The position numbers and the translations under genes were made by a program. From Octopus sinensis (lineage: Eukaryota), in the NCBI RefSeq assembly GCF_006345805.1, contig NW_021836140.1:1-64000 (forward strand): 64,000 bases of DNA, given 5' to 3'. The notes under the pieces were generated by a model that was not told the DNA's origin, did not search any database, and saw only the letters and a list, made by a program, of their open reading frames with translations. Below are positions 13,697-25,813 of this stretch, piece by piece (the first letter of the stretch is position 1; each line of letters begins with the position of its first letter).

Positions 13697-14079
13697 AAAT
13701 ATATTAACTTTCTCAGCACATTTACTCATTATGAACAAAGAAACATTCTGTCTTCCTGAAAACTCGGTTTCAGGCTCCAACAACTCTCTCATACTCTGCA
13801 ATCCCAATCCCAACACTCATTTAGTTTATAACATTTAAAGCATGTACAACCCCATAACCTAAATATAACAACACAACAGTAACGAAAACAAAAAAGAAAC
13901 CAACACACCAAATCCGCCACAATAGACACCCAAATCTCCTTCTCCTTCACCCAATCTACCACGCATAACGAAACCACCGGCCACTCGCCCTTATAGCTAC
14001 GTAACACAACCTGCAAATACAACATAAATGCTCTACAATATACAAAGCTATAATAATGCTATAATAATGACTCCTATAA

Positions 14080-14760
14080 AGAACTGATGGACTGCTTTCT
14101 TTGACGTATACTCCATCAATTCTGGCACTCCGCAGGTTTCGGTTTTGTCTCCGCAGTATTCTTTCTACACATTACGCTAAAACGGCACAGTTTTAACTTA
14201 TAGAAATTTATCAATGATCCTCCAACTGAACCATACCTGTTGTATCTCTTTCAGCAGCCCAAAGGTACTTTTACTACACTTAGCCATTAAACATTATCGA
14301 CTGTTTCTTAAACTTGAACTTAAACAAACCTCCTTAATGTCGCTAAAAATACCAGGCCTTTCCATCACTAATGTTCTATCTTGGCAAATGCACAACCTCA
14401 AAAAAGCCAAAAATGCATTAAAAGACCCACTTTACTTTTCTTGAGTCAGAATACAATTTAGTCTCCAGCAACTACTAAATCTCTCTATAAAGCTAACGAG
14501 ACCCATCACGAAGTATAGCATGCACATCTGGGATAGTGCTGCTGTTATACACAGAGTTATCCTAGACTACATTAAGAAAGGTCATTTCATCGATTGGCGT
14601 GAAGCTGTTCACAATCACGCCCCTATCTCTTACATATATAAATGTTATCTCCTCTTTTGTGTCGTTACAATTGTGGCCACTGCTCTTCAGAGCTAGCTCG
14701 TCTTGCTATTTCACTACTTAGGTAATCCCAACTCACTCGCCTATTCTCGTATCGTTATCC
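14080..14760 (+). mobile_element. Decayed CR1/Jockey-group LINE reverse transcriptase remnant
   Basis: INSGTPQVSVLSP at ~14116-14155 resembles GVPQGSVLSP; LYKA...YSMHIWDS at ~14484-14540. Confidence 0.6.
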
Positions 14761-14762
14761 AT

Positions 14763-14988
14763 TTCTTTACTACCCACAAGGGGCGAAACACAGAGATGAC
14801 AAATACAGACAGACAAACGGATTAAGCCGATTATATCGACCCCAGTGCGTAACTGGTACTTATTTAATCGACCCCGAAAGGATGAAAGGCAAAGTCGACC
14901 TCGGTGGAGTTTGAACTCAAAACGTAGCGGCTGACGAAATACCGCTAAGCAATTCGCCCGGCGTGCTAACGTTTCTGCCAGCTCGCCG
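14763..14988 (-). mobile_element. SINE family A, full length
   Basis: Reverse complement of the 13471 copy. Confidence 0.9.
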
Positions 14989-16474
14989 TATCGTTACCTA
15001 TATTGTATCTGCACAAACTAATAAATCCAGTTCTTTCTCCTTAGAACTTTGGCATTCTGGAATTCTTCCCCTGTACGGATTGTTCCCCCACAGCTCTCTC
15101 CTTGTAATAGTTCAAGAGGAACGTAAACTGCATCTGTCTGCGTCTATCTGGTTTGGAAAGCCTGCGAAACATTGGCTATTGCTCTTACATTAAGATAAAA
15201 TGCTCTATAAATACTTGTAATACAATCTTTGTTGAGGAGGTTTAATCATACAGTTTTGCCCATCGTGGAAGATACCTTTCTTATCGTCTAAATATTGTCG
15301 GATATGAAACTATCAGTTACGATGAATTAATCTATACATTGTAAATTCCTTTACAATATGTATGTGTGGTTTATTCTCTTTTATATATCTATATGTAAAC
15401 ACACACAAAAAACATACACACATTTTCAAACCCATTATTCACTTTTACACACAAGTACACAGAAATGCATCATTATCTTCGTTTTCAATTTAATCTTATT
15501 TTGGCTAAGTTTCCTTATTTATTCAGAACATGGTTATGAAAAATATATAATTTAATGAACAAGCATCAAAATTAACCATTCCTACTATATTACATTATCT
15601 ACGTATAATAAAATTATTACTTCATCAAACTGGCCAATTCCAATTAGATTTCTATTCAGAAGGTCAGAGAAAGAGACAATAGAGTGTAAAAGGGCTTATA
15701 TCTAAATTAAAACATTTGACAGTGTCAAGACTGAGTACTATTGATCACATTGTGTCAGATCAGTAACAGTATCGCCATCCTTCCACAACACAATCTTATC
15801 TACTTACCGAGCAGATACACAAACTCTAAGTCAGCTCTATCTCTTAATCATTTCAATTTATTCCATTATTAATTTCCTTTTCAGCCAAACTGGCTGCTCT
15901 GAAGACAAGTCTTTCGCATAAGAATATTCCCATTAAGTTGTTTCAATGACAACACAGCAGTTTGTTAATTCTACTCGTACTATCTTTCGATTGTATTGTT
16001 GTCATGTCAAAATTATGGTAGCTTACCGTGTTATGATAAACTTTCAATATGAATTAAAAAAAAAAGAGACGACAAAGAATGAATAAATAAATATACTGTT
16101 TTATAATGTCATTGTACTCTAATCAGTAAGGTATTGGCCTCGTGGGAATAGAATATTTCCCCTTGTTGAGAGGAGAATTGAATGACGCCTATCTTACTGC
16201 TACCAGAATATGTAGTCATTATTTTTGAAATTATATTGGATGAGTTGGTCGAATGCGTGATGATATTGTCTGTAATATGAATGACCAAAACACTTTCAGC
16301 AGAAAAGAGCAGTGGGTTGTTAGCAGAAGGAAGCCAGAGTAGAGATAGTGATAGGTAGACGTAAGTAGAGATGATTAGATCTGTCGTTTGGGAATTGCTG
16401 GAAAGCAGTGGCCGGTGATATACTGTTGACTAAATTGGTGAAGCTATGGCAGCATGACGTAAATGCGTTTTAAA

Positions 16475-16601
16475 CTACTACTACTACTACTACTAGTGAT
16501 GATGATGATGATGAGGATGATGATGATGGTGGTGGTGGTGGTGGTGGTAATGGTGGTAATGATAGTGGTGGTGGTGGTGGTGGTGATGATGATGATGATA
16601 T

Positions 16602-16650
<49 letters not shown>

Positions 16651-16895
16651 AATGATGAGGATGATGATGATGGTGGTGGTGGTGGTGGTGGTGGTGGTGT
16701 GGTGATGATGATGATGATATTGATGATGATGATGATGATGATGATGATATGATGATGATGATGATGATGATAATGATGAGGATGATGATGATGGTGGTGG
16801 TGGTGGTGTGGTGGTGGTGGTGGTAATGGTAGAAATGGTAGTGGTGGTGGTGGTGTGGTGGTGGTGGTGATGATGATGATGATGATGATGATGAT
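16475..16895. repeat. Compound (CTA)n/(GAT)n/(GGT)n microsatellite with block-level duplication
   Basis: Visible directly; gatgaggatgatgatgatggtggt block occurs three times. Confidence 0.95.
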
Positions 16896-18042
16896 AAGTG
16901 CTGTGTTTACGAAGTGAATCTAATCCATAATCCAACCAAGCTTCTGAAATGGAATAAGTCAGTGTGTAGTGAAGAGAAGAAAATTACTGATGTTTCAAAC
17001 AGAACTGTACTTCTCTCTATGAAAAGAAGCATATATTTTACTTAGGGGAACCATCCAACTTATCTATCTATGAAAGCATGAAAAAAATATATGATCCTTG
17101 TGATTTCTTTTCTTTTTTGCACTTTTGCTTAATCTTTTCAGCTTAATGTCTTATTAATAGCATGCTGTGAGCAAATCTGACATTGGCTTTGCTCCTCAGA
17201 TTTAAAGGAAAAGATAAATGCGAGGATGAGATACTTATAAAGTAATATTAACATTTATAGAATTCAGAGAGAGATGGATTTTCGGAAATTGCAAACTACT
17301 TTACTTATACCTCTTAACAAATACTATTTAAGCTAATTTTGTCTTTCGTTATCAAAGCTCTGATTAAATGTGTACCAGTCAAGTACTGCGACTAATTAAA
17401 TTGATTATAATCATTTCTCACCGTCATAGAATTGCTTAAAATAATTATTATGGGGTTCTAACTACTATTCAAAAATATCGCATGTTTATGCGTTAATAAA
17501 AATTAACTTATACAATGCAATGTTTGAAATAACTTAATTTGTAAGTTCTGTTGTTAAGAAAAAGAATACATGTTCAATTTCAGTTGGAAGAAAAGGATTA
17601 TTATTACTGGATTTGAATTCCAAAACTAATATTTAGAACTTTAGCATTTTAAATGTAAAATATTGGAGGCTTTACCACAGTAATGCAGTTTGTGATAAAA
17701 ATGCAACAACCAGCTTCATAGAACACTTACGTACTGACTTCACCAGCATAATCATAGTTGTTAGTTGTACGTATATGCCCTTCCTAAGAATTCCATCTTT
17801 TGTACTGGAAACTTTGTGTTAGACCGTGCATTGCAGAGTATGTGCTCGAATCGAAGCTCTCTCTGAACTACACTTTACTTGGATACCCTCAAGTTTGGTT
17901 TTCTCCACGATGTTCCATGTTGCATGTTGATAACCTTCTAGCAGTAACATTTTAAAATATATATTCTAATAACACCCGCACACACCATCTGAATGCAGTC
18001 GAGGCACAGTATTGAATTTAAACTGATTCTATGAAGTAATAA

Positions 18043-18491
18043 TAATTATTCGCAGCACTTGACTGGTACACATTTAATCAGAGCTTTGATAATGAAAGAC
18101 AAAATTATGGATTTGTAAGTTCTGTTGTTAATTCTGAATGTTGTGTTGATTATCATATGTTCATTTATCGCTTTGTAAGCAGGAGATATCACAGACAGAC
18201 GTCATGCAAACCTAAGCAGATAAAACAGGATTATTTAGCTTTATTATTTATTATTTATCTAAAGCCTAAAATAGTACCGGGGTATGTAAAGAGGAATTAC
18301 GAATGTGAGCGACAATGGTAACTAGCAACTTAGATGAAATGATGCTTATCGTGCAACGAACGAGACTTAGAAAAGAGTAATATCCAGTTAAGCGACAAAG
18401 TATATTTGGATATTGTTCAGAGAATCTTTCATATGAATAGGTGATGTAAACTTACCTTGTGGGTAGAAATTAAGAGAATGGTATATTTTAA
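18043..18491. repeat. Mosaic of four segments duplicated from neighbouring unique sequence
   Basis: 18043-18107 = rc(17334-17398); 18111-18131 = 17537-17557; 18132-18243 = 20086-20199; ~18254-18491 = rc(19011-19289) minus ~40 bp. Confidence 0.85.
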
Positions 18492-19593
18492 ATAAAAGCT
18501 TGTCAAACTAGTTTCTTTTCATAACACCAAGGCAGGACTGAACCAATGCAGATATCAAAGAAAGTGCTCAGGATTTCATTCTCCTTATTGTTGCTCGACT
18601 TCAGCAGCCTTTAAAATCACTGGTCCTCTACCAAAGATAAAGTCAAATCTACATCAGAGTATTGATCACGAGAGTCGGTGCTGCTTCTAAACACATATAT
18701 ATACGCACACACACATTCTAGAGGGCACCCAAATGTCATCATATCTCGGAAGCGTATCTTTTGCAAACAATTCAGGAAAATTCTGAGATTTTTAAACGGC
18801 GCCCAAAATCAGTCAATTCACTTCTTTGAATATCCTTCACTACATTCTCACTTGTCATGATCAATTAAAAATCAACGCTCTGCATATATAAAGATTTTAT
18901 ACTAATGTTGAGTTGTGTAGGATCACAATATCTTTATATAACGAACGTTACATTGCTTTCAATGAGCTAGGAAATGCCTTAGTCCAAATAAATGTTGATG
19001 AAAATAAAACTTAAAATATACCATTTTCTTAATTTCTACCCACAAGGTAAGTTTAGATCACCTATTCATATGACAGATACTCTGAACAATATCCAGATAT
19101 ACTTTGTCGCTTAACTGGATATTATTCAATGGCCAACACCCTAAAGTCACTCATTGACCTTCAATCTCTTTTCTAAGTCTCGTTCGTTGCACTATAAGCG
19201 TCATCTCATCTAAGTTGCTAGTTACCATTGTCGCTTACATTCGTAATTTCTCTTTATATACCCCCATGCTATTTTAGGCGTTAGATAAAAAAATCTTTGC
19301 TAAATCCTTATTCTCTGGCAGCACAGTCCTAGAAATTTTTTTCTGTCTTTTGGCTAATGTTTTCCATTCAGTCATTAAAATGAAAGAAATCAAACCGATT
19401 ACTTTTTTTAAGAAACGGTATTTAGAAACATACTTGCATGCGCATGTACATACACACACGCACATACATACATGCATACATACATACACACACACACACA
19501 CACATACACACACACATACATACATACATACATACACACATACATACATACATACATACATACATACATACATACATACATACATACATACAT

Positions 19594-19826
19594 ACAGTTT
19601 GCTGGACATTGTTGTAGAGCTAAAAAAGAAGTAATTTCTACTCTTCTCCTCTGGAAGCCATCTACTCGCAATACCAGAGGGCGCTCACTCTCCTACCCTG
19701 ATGTAATCTCCAGGGATACAGGCATCCAGCAACAGGACCTCCGTAATGCTATGATGGACCGTGAAGTCTGGCGTAACATAGTAAATTCCATTGTCTCCAC
19801 CACGGTCGAACAATGATGATGATGAT
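19594..19826 (+). mobile_element. 3' end of an RTE-clade LINE with (TGA)n tail, inserted in (TACA)n
   Basis: QFAGHCCRAKKEVISTLLLWKP...RGR...DREVWRNIV, then stop and tgatgatgatga. Confidence 0.8.
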
Positions 19827-20369
19827 TTTGTACCACACAACACAATAAGAACATAAACTAAGCAGCACTGAATAACCAATATGTATTCTGTGTTGAACAG
19901 ATTTGGAAAACATCTTTACTTCTTACATTTAACTGTCGGCATCAGATTTCAGTTACTTATGACGGTATCAGCCAGCAATGACATTGTTTATTTTATAGAT
20001 ACAGCTCAAGCAACATTGATACTTACAGTATCGAAGTGTGTAATGTTTTACAAGTAATGAACTTCTTACTCAATTACGTTTATACTTCTGAATGTTGTGT
20101 TGATTATTATGTGTTCATTTATCGCTTTGTAAGCAGGAGATATCACACAGACAGACGTCATGCAAACCTAAGCAGATAAAACAGGATTATTTAGCTTTAA
20201 CGTAATTCAATAAACATTTCCTTATATTTTCCCTATCGACCATTCAGTCCTGAAGTTTTCGAATTAAAGCTTAATACCTTCTTGGTTATTAAACTTCGTT
20301 GTTTGTAGGGGTTTTTTTTCTCCTATTTTTGTAATTAACTCCAGGCCAACTCAATGAATCAAAGCTATT

Positions 20370-20796
20370 GGATCTTTTCGGTTTGAACAGCAGTTTTTTA
20401 AAATAATTTCCACGTAACTAAACACTTTTAAACTTCGTATACTGGTAGAATGTGTTTATAAAACATCTTTTTCTCTTGGCTTTATTGAGAAAATTCTATA
20501 GTTTGTAAGATATTTGTTATTTTTTTGTCTTCAATTTCTGCAATTTCAACCAATCAATGACGTCTATTGAGGTGAAAACATTCTGTGCCGTATGAATATG
20601 TCCCTCGTTTAAGAAACAGATTGGGTTTATTTACATTTCTGAAGAAAAAAGATACCTTTCACCCACCCCAAACCCTAACTAACCATAATCCTAAAACAGA
20701 TTGAAATGCAATAGATCGATACTAAGGTCATAATTATGGGTAACAATTTCATATGACACCGCTACAAAAAAACTGCTGTTCAAACCGAAAAGATCC
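20370..20796. mobile_element. MITE with ~30-bp perfect TIRs, GG..CC termini and 8-bp TSD (Merlin- or hAT-like)
   Basis: TIR ggatcttttcggtttgaacagcagtttttt and its reverse complement; TSD aagctatt at 20362-20369 and 20797-20804. Confidence 0.93.
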
Positions 20797-21490
20797 AAGC
20801 TATTCAAGCCATTATCCTTCCGTCAATTTTTAAGCATAATATACGAGAGACTACAATATTCTGATTGCGCATGGGTTGCAAGTTATTCATCTGCTATTTC
20901 CATCAAGTCGATTGAAAGAGTTGTGTTTCGTTCCTTCATTGACTTGATATAATTTTGGTAGTAGACAGTATGTGTGAGTGAGTGTGAAGGAAAAAGCAGA
21001 AATGCAAGAAAAGGAGTTCTTCATCCATCAGGCGACGACTTAGGGAATTGGTGAATTGGTAGAATACTTAGGGAGTCACGTGCTTTATGGCACTTCTTCC
21101 GGAAATTTGCATTCTTAGTTCAAATCTCGCACAGATCAACTTTGCGTTTCATTCCTCCGAGATTAATAAAATAAAGTATCATTCAAGAAATGGAGTTGGT
21201 ATAATCCGCTGTTCTTCACTTCTACAAAACGTTTCGAGCTTTGTTTCTAATTTAGAAACATTTGAGTTCCATCGGTTTGGTGAACAGTAGAGCACCGGAG
21301 AAAATGCTTTGCGGTGTATCTTCTGGCTGTCTATATGCTGAGTTTAATTGTTTAATTTTGCCTTTCACCTTTCTAGGGTCGATTAAGTATCGACCAGAGC
21401 CGGTGTATTTGTCAATTTACTTCATACATATATGAAGTCATTTCCTTCATACATGTATATGCCTACATTCATTATATATATATATATATA

Positions 21491-21807
21491 TTTCAACAAT
21501 TGAGGGTAAAATTAATTAATTATTAATCAATTTCACCAAGTATTCAGTATGTAAAGGGACCATTATAGGCGAATTCAAAATATTACATTATATATAAGGG
21601 CTTAGTAAAATAAATTACTTTGCCACATACTGAACTCATTAGAAATAGCAGCTAAAGAAATTTCTTCAGCTATTTCTAATACTTAAAGAAGATCTCTCTC
21701 AGATAGAGAGATCTTCTTTAAGTATTAGAAATAGCTGAAGAAATTTCTTTAGCTGCTATTTCTAATGAGTTCAGTATGTGGCAAAGTAATTTATTTTACT
21801 AAGCCCT

Positions 21808-21817
<10 letters not shown>
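21491..21817. mobile_element. Fold-back insertion of a relative of the 593-bp family (perfect 113-bp arms, 5-nt loop) in (TA)n
   Basis: 21587-21699 is the reverse complement of 21705-21817 around cagat; shares ccacatac, agaaatagc..gctatttct and aattaattaatt blocks with the 593-bp unit. Confidence 0.9.
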
Positions 21818-21851
<34 letters not shown>

Positions 21852-22366
21852 GTAAATGTAGTATGTGCGTGTATGCAGGTATGTGCATATATAGACATGC
21901 GGATTTGCGCGCATACGGGTATGTGCGTATATAGCCGTGTTTTACTCTTATTGCTTATTTTTTATACTTCTTTACACTTTTCTCTGTATTGTTGTCCTTA
22001 GCCCTGTTTTTACTTGTGCATGTGCGTATATAGACGTGTGTATGAACCTTTTTGGTGCGCGCGTGTATGTGAGATTGTATATATATATTTGGGGAGGGCA
22101 AATTGTGTGGGTGAGTATGTGTACGTTTCAAGTGAGGGTGGATGAGTGTATACTTATAGGCGCATGCACGTAGGTGTGCGGGCGTACATGTGTAGGTATG
22201 GACATGCGCACTTACGCGAATACTATGAACAATTTTTACCCCGCCTTACTTTTACTCCCTCTCCTCACTTAGCGGCCATTCAAATAGCTCTTTTGTCTTA
22301 ATAACAGTAAATCACACAGTAATTTCCGTTTGTTTAACGGTTATTTTCATACCATTTTTTCTAATG

Positions 22367-22435
22367 GCCGGATAACTGATGAGATGGCGGCGTGGTTTTC
22401 CACCCCGACATCCGAAACTCGGAGTTTATCATGGC
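22367..22435 (+). ncRNA. Type I hammerhead motif in a pLTR-like element (~21850-22535) ending at (TA)n
   Basis: GATAA-CTGATGA-GATG..(TGG TTTT CCA)..CATC-C-GAAA-CTC(G)GAG-TT-TATC; core canonical; one T short in stem I compared with the 56-kb relatives. Confidence 0.72.
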
Positions 22436-22540
22436 TACCGAATAATTGTCACATATTACATTTACAAATAAATTCTTCTATTTGCATAATATCGAGGTCT
22501 CTTTCTTTTGTTGTCTTACCATTTCTATCAATAATGTATG

Positions 22541-22599
<59 letters not shown>

Positions 22600-22784
22600 T
22601 AAGCAATAAAGGGTTTAGCAACGAATTGCCTTACCACATACCGAATTTAGAAATAGCAGTCAAAGAGTTATAGCTATTTCTTCTACTAAAAAGGGAGATC
22701 TCAGTAAAAACAGCAATTGGAAGGCAGACACAAACAGGTAAGAGAGAATGAATTGACGGCAATCTATCATACAATTTTAAGTTA

Positions 22785-22884
22785 TCTACGGACGTACGTT
22801 TCGAAATCAAGTTTTTAGGAAAGCATAAGAATTAAATATTAAATAATTCTATCTCACCAAAACTTCTTTTCTCTTCAGCGTAGA
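22785..22884 (-). ncRNA. Canonical type I hammerhead ribozyme (GUC site)
   Basis: Minus strand TCTACG-CTGAAGA-GAAA(AG)AAGTTTT...AAAACTT(GA)TTTC-GAAAC-GTAC-GTC-CGTAGA: 6-bp stem I, long stem II, palindromic stem III ACGTACGT; predicted cut between + coordinates 22791 and 22790. Confidence 0.9.
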
Positions 22885-23377
22885 ATACTATAATCATAAA
22901 TGATTATATATTGAATTTTGAGATACTAGAAGGCACCAACTCAACTCAGTATCAGAGCGAGCTAGAATCCGCAACTAGTATCACCAAATTCAATGTGTGA
23001 ATGAAAAGATTGTGTCACCAGCCCCTTCCCACCCGCGTGTAGCCAAAACAAGATGCTGTGGTCATCTACTGAGATAAAATATGGTTATCCGTAATAATGA
23101 AGGGTGAAATTAATTAATTTGGAATAATTATCAATTACACCAAGTAGTCTTCGGCATGTAAAAGCCTCATTCGAGGAAAATTTAAGTAATACTAAGCAAT
23201 AAAGGGTTTAGCAACGAATTGCCTTACCACATACCGAATTTAGAAATAGCAGTCAAAGAGTTATAGCTATTTCTTCTACTAAAAAGGGAGATCTCAGTAA
23301 AAACAGCAATTGGAAGGCAGACACAAACAGGTAAGAGAGAATGAATTGACGGCAATCTATCATACAATTTTAAGTTA

Positions 23378-23477
23378 TCTACGGACGTACGTTTCGAAAT
23401 CAAGTTTTTAGGAAAGCATAAGAATTAAATATTAAATAATTCTATCTCACCAAAACTTCTTTTCTCTTCAGCGTAGA
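23378..23477 (-). ncRNA. Canonical type I hammerhead ribozyme, second copy
   Basis: Same sequence as 22785-22884, shifted 593 bp. Confidence 0.9.
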
Positions 23478-23969
23478 ATACTATAATCATAAATGATTAT
23501 ATATTGAATTTTGAGATACTAGAAGGCACCAACTCAACTCAGTATCAGAGCGAGCTAGAATCCGCAACTAGTATCACCAAATTCAATGTGTGAATGAAAA
23601 GATTGTGTCACCAGCCCCTCCCACCCGCGTGTAGCCAAAACAAGATGCTGTGGTCATCTACTGCGATAAAATATGGTTATCCGTAATAATGAAGGGTGAA
23701 ATTAATTAATTTGGAATAATTATCAATTACACCAAGTAGTCTTCGGCATGTAAAAGCCTCATTCGAGGAAAATTTAAGTAATACTAAGCAATAAAGGGTT
23801 TAGCAACGAATTGCCTTACCACATACCGAATTTAGAAATAGCAGTCAAAGAGTTATAGCTATTTCTTCTACTAAAAAGGGAGATCTCAGTAAAAACAGCA
23901 ATTGGAAGGCAGACACAAACAGGTAAGAGAGAATGAATTGACGGCAATCTATCATACAATTTTAAGTTA

Positions 23970-24050
<81 letters not shown>

Positions 24051-24454
24051 TATATTGTTGTACTTCTACTCTCTGATTTCACATTATCTCGAGGACAACA
24101 CTGCCGTTTCGTATTTCGATTAAATAAATAATGTACGGTCCCTGGAGGTACATTATCAGAATTGTTAGAGCCTTCGAACGAGATGCCTTGTAGTTTCTTC
24201 TGGTTAGTATTAAGAGTTCTAAGGTAGTAAGATTGGTCCGCCACTGTTTAACAGTCATGTGATCCCTATGCGCCTGTAGATAATTTACTCTGTTGCAAGC
24301 ATTCGGGCCAGGTCTCGCGTTGTCAGTAATTCCTTCTCACTAGCCCTCCGAGGCCCTGTAACTAAACAGCAAAAAAAGATTACAAATAAATGGTAAATAA
24401 CTTAATACTACATACACACGTATGAGTGTATACACATGTACAAGGCAAGCAATT

Positions 24455-24610
24455 TTATCGACCCCAGTGCTCAAATAGTACCTATTTTACCGACTTCGAA
24501 AGGATAAAAGGCAATGTCGACCTCAGGGGATTTGAACTTAGAACATAAAGACGGGCAAAATGTCGCTAAAGCATTCTGCCCGGCGTGCTAACGATCGATT
24601 CTGCCAGCTT
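24455..24610 (-). mobile_element. SINE family A (diverged)
   Basis: atcgaccccagtg...aaggataaaaggcaatgtcgacctc...cccggcgtgctaacg. Confidence 0.78.
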
Positions 24611-24627
24611 ACTTTTATGGGGGGGGG

Positions 24628-24678
24628 CAGATTGATTGATTGATTGATTGATAGACAGATAGATAAGCAGACGGACAA

Positions 24679-24736
<58 letters not shown>

Positions 24737-24737
24737 G

Positions 24738-24769
<32 letters not shown>

Positions 24770-24772
24770 TAA

Positions 24773-24807
<35 letters not shown>

Positions 24808-24830
24808 TAAATAGATAGATAGATAGATAT

Positions 24831-24876
<46 letters not shown>

Positions 24877-24885
24877 GGATGGATG

Positions 24886-24965
<80 letters not shown>
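24628..24965. repeat. (GATT)n/(GATA)n microsatellite
   Basis: Visible directly. Confidence 0.97.
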
Positions 24966-25399
24966 CGCATAGATGTATGTTGATAGATAGGTAGGTGGGT
25001 GCACATGTACTTACGTATATCTATATATTGTAGAAGTGCTATCACATTCGCTTAATGTAAGATTGACCGGGTGATATTCGTAGACGGAAAATTCCGAAGG
25101 TATCGCCAGCATACCGTAAATGGGCTGTAAGTAAGTGTTGCGAAGGCTGAGACATTGGTTCTCTCTCAGAAATCTCCCCACTGCAATATGCATTTTAGTG
25201 GAACATCGCTGAGGCAAGTGAAGATGTTGAAGTACCCAGGAAACATATTGGCGAGTGATAGAAAGTAAAAGGCTGATTTGGATAAAAGAATTCCTGTAAT
25301 GTGCCAGCTGCAGTATTCGACTCTCAGAAAAGATTGGTAGAAAATCCAAACATGCCATCTTGAATTTGGTTTCCGTGGCTACTTTCACTTATGGTCATG

Positions 25400-25800
25400 A
25401 ATATTGAGCGATAACCGAAAGTGTGCGGTCGTGAATACACGTAACCGAAATAGGGTTCCTTGGAAAGATCTCCGGAGTAATGTTACAGAACAAGAAGTGT
25501 AACTCGGAGATCAAGGAATCTCTTCAGATCGAGCCGATACTTTTCTGCATCGAGAGGTGACAGTTCCGATACCAGGGACAGTTGATAAGAATGTCGCAGG
25601 AAAGAATTACTAGACAGATTCATCAAGCCGAACCAACCGACAGAAGACCTAAAAGTAGACCAAGAACGAGATGGTTGGATAACATCCATAATCTCGCGTG
25701 GGAACCCAGCCAGAAAACATAATAACGGTTACTTCTGATAATACACTATGGAAGAGGTATCTGAGGACTCTACCCCACGATTATCCCAGGAATAGTAGGT
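25400..25800 (+). mobile_element. RTE-clade LINE 3' remnant
   Basis: LQIEPILFCIER (~25522-25557) and RPRTRWLDNI (~25657-25686) resemble RTE ORF C-termini. Confidence 0.65.
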
Positions 25801-25813
25801 GTGGAATGATGGA

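Larger units (their letters stand above)
22598..23973 (-). mobile_element. Head-to-tail array of ~593-bp non-coding units (2.3 copies), each full unit with a hammerhead; retrozyme- or pLTR-like, in (TA)n
   Basis: aagcaataaagggtttagc at 22601, 23194 and 23786 (periods 593 and 592); only two differences noticed between units; long (TA)n on both sides. Confidence 0.92.

Noticed and set aside
19040-20000. Splice donor-like AAG|GTAAGT at ~19047 and acceptor-like ttattttatag at ~19998
   Set aside because: No supporting open exon or expression evidence; such motifs are common by chance.
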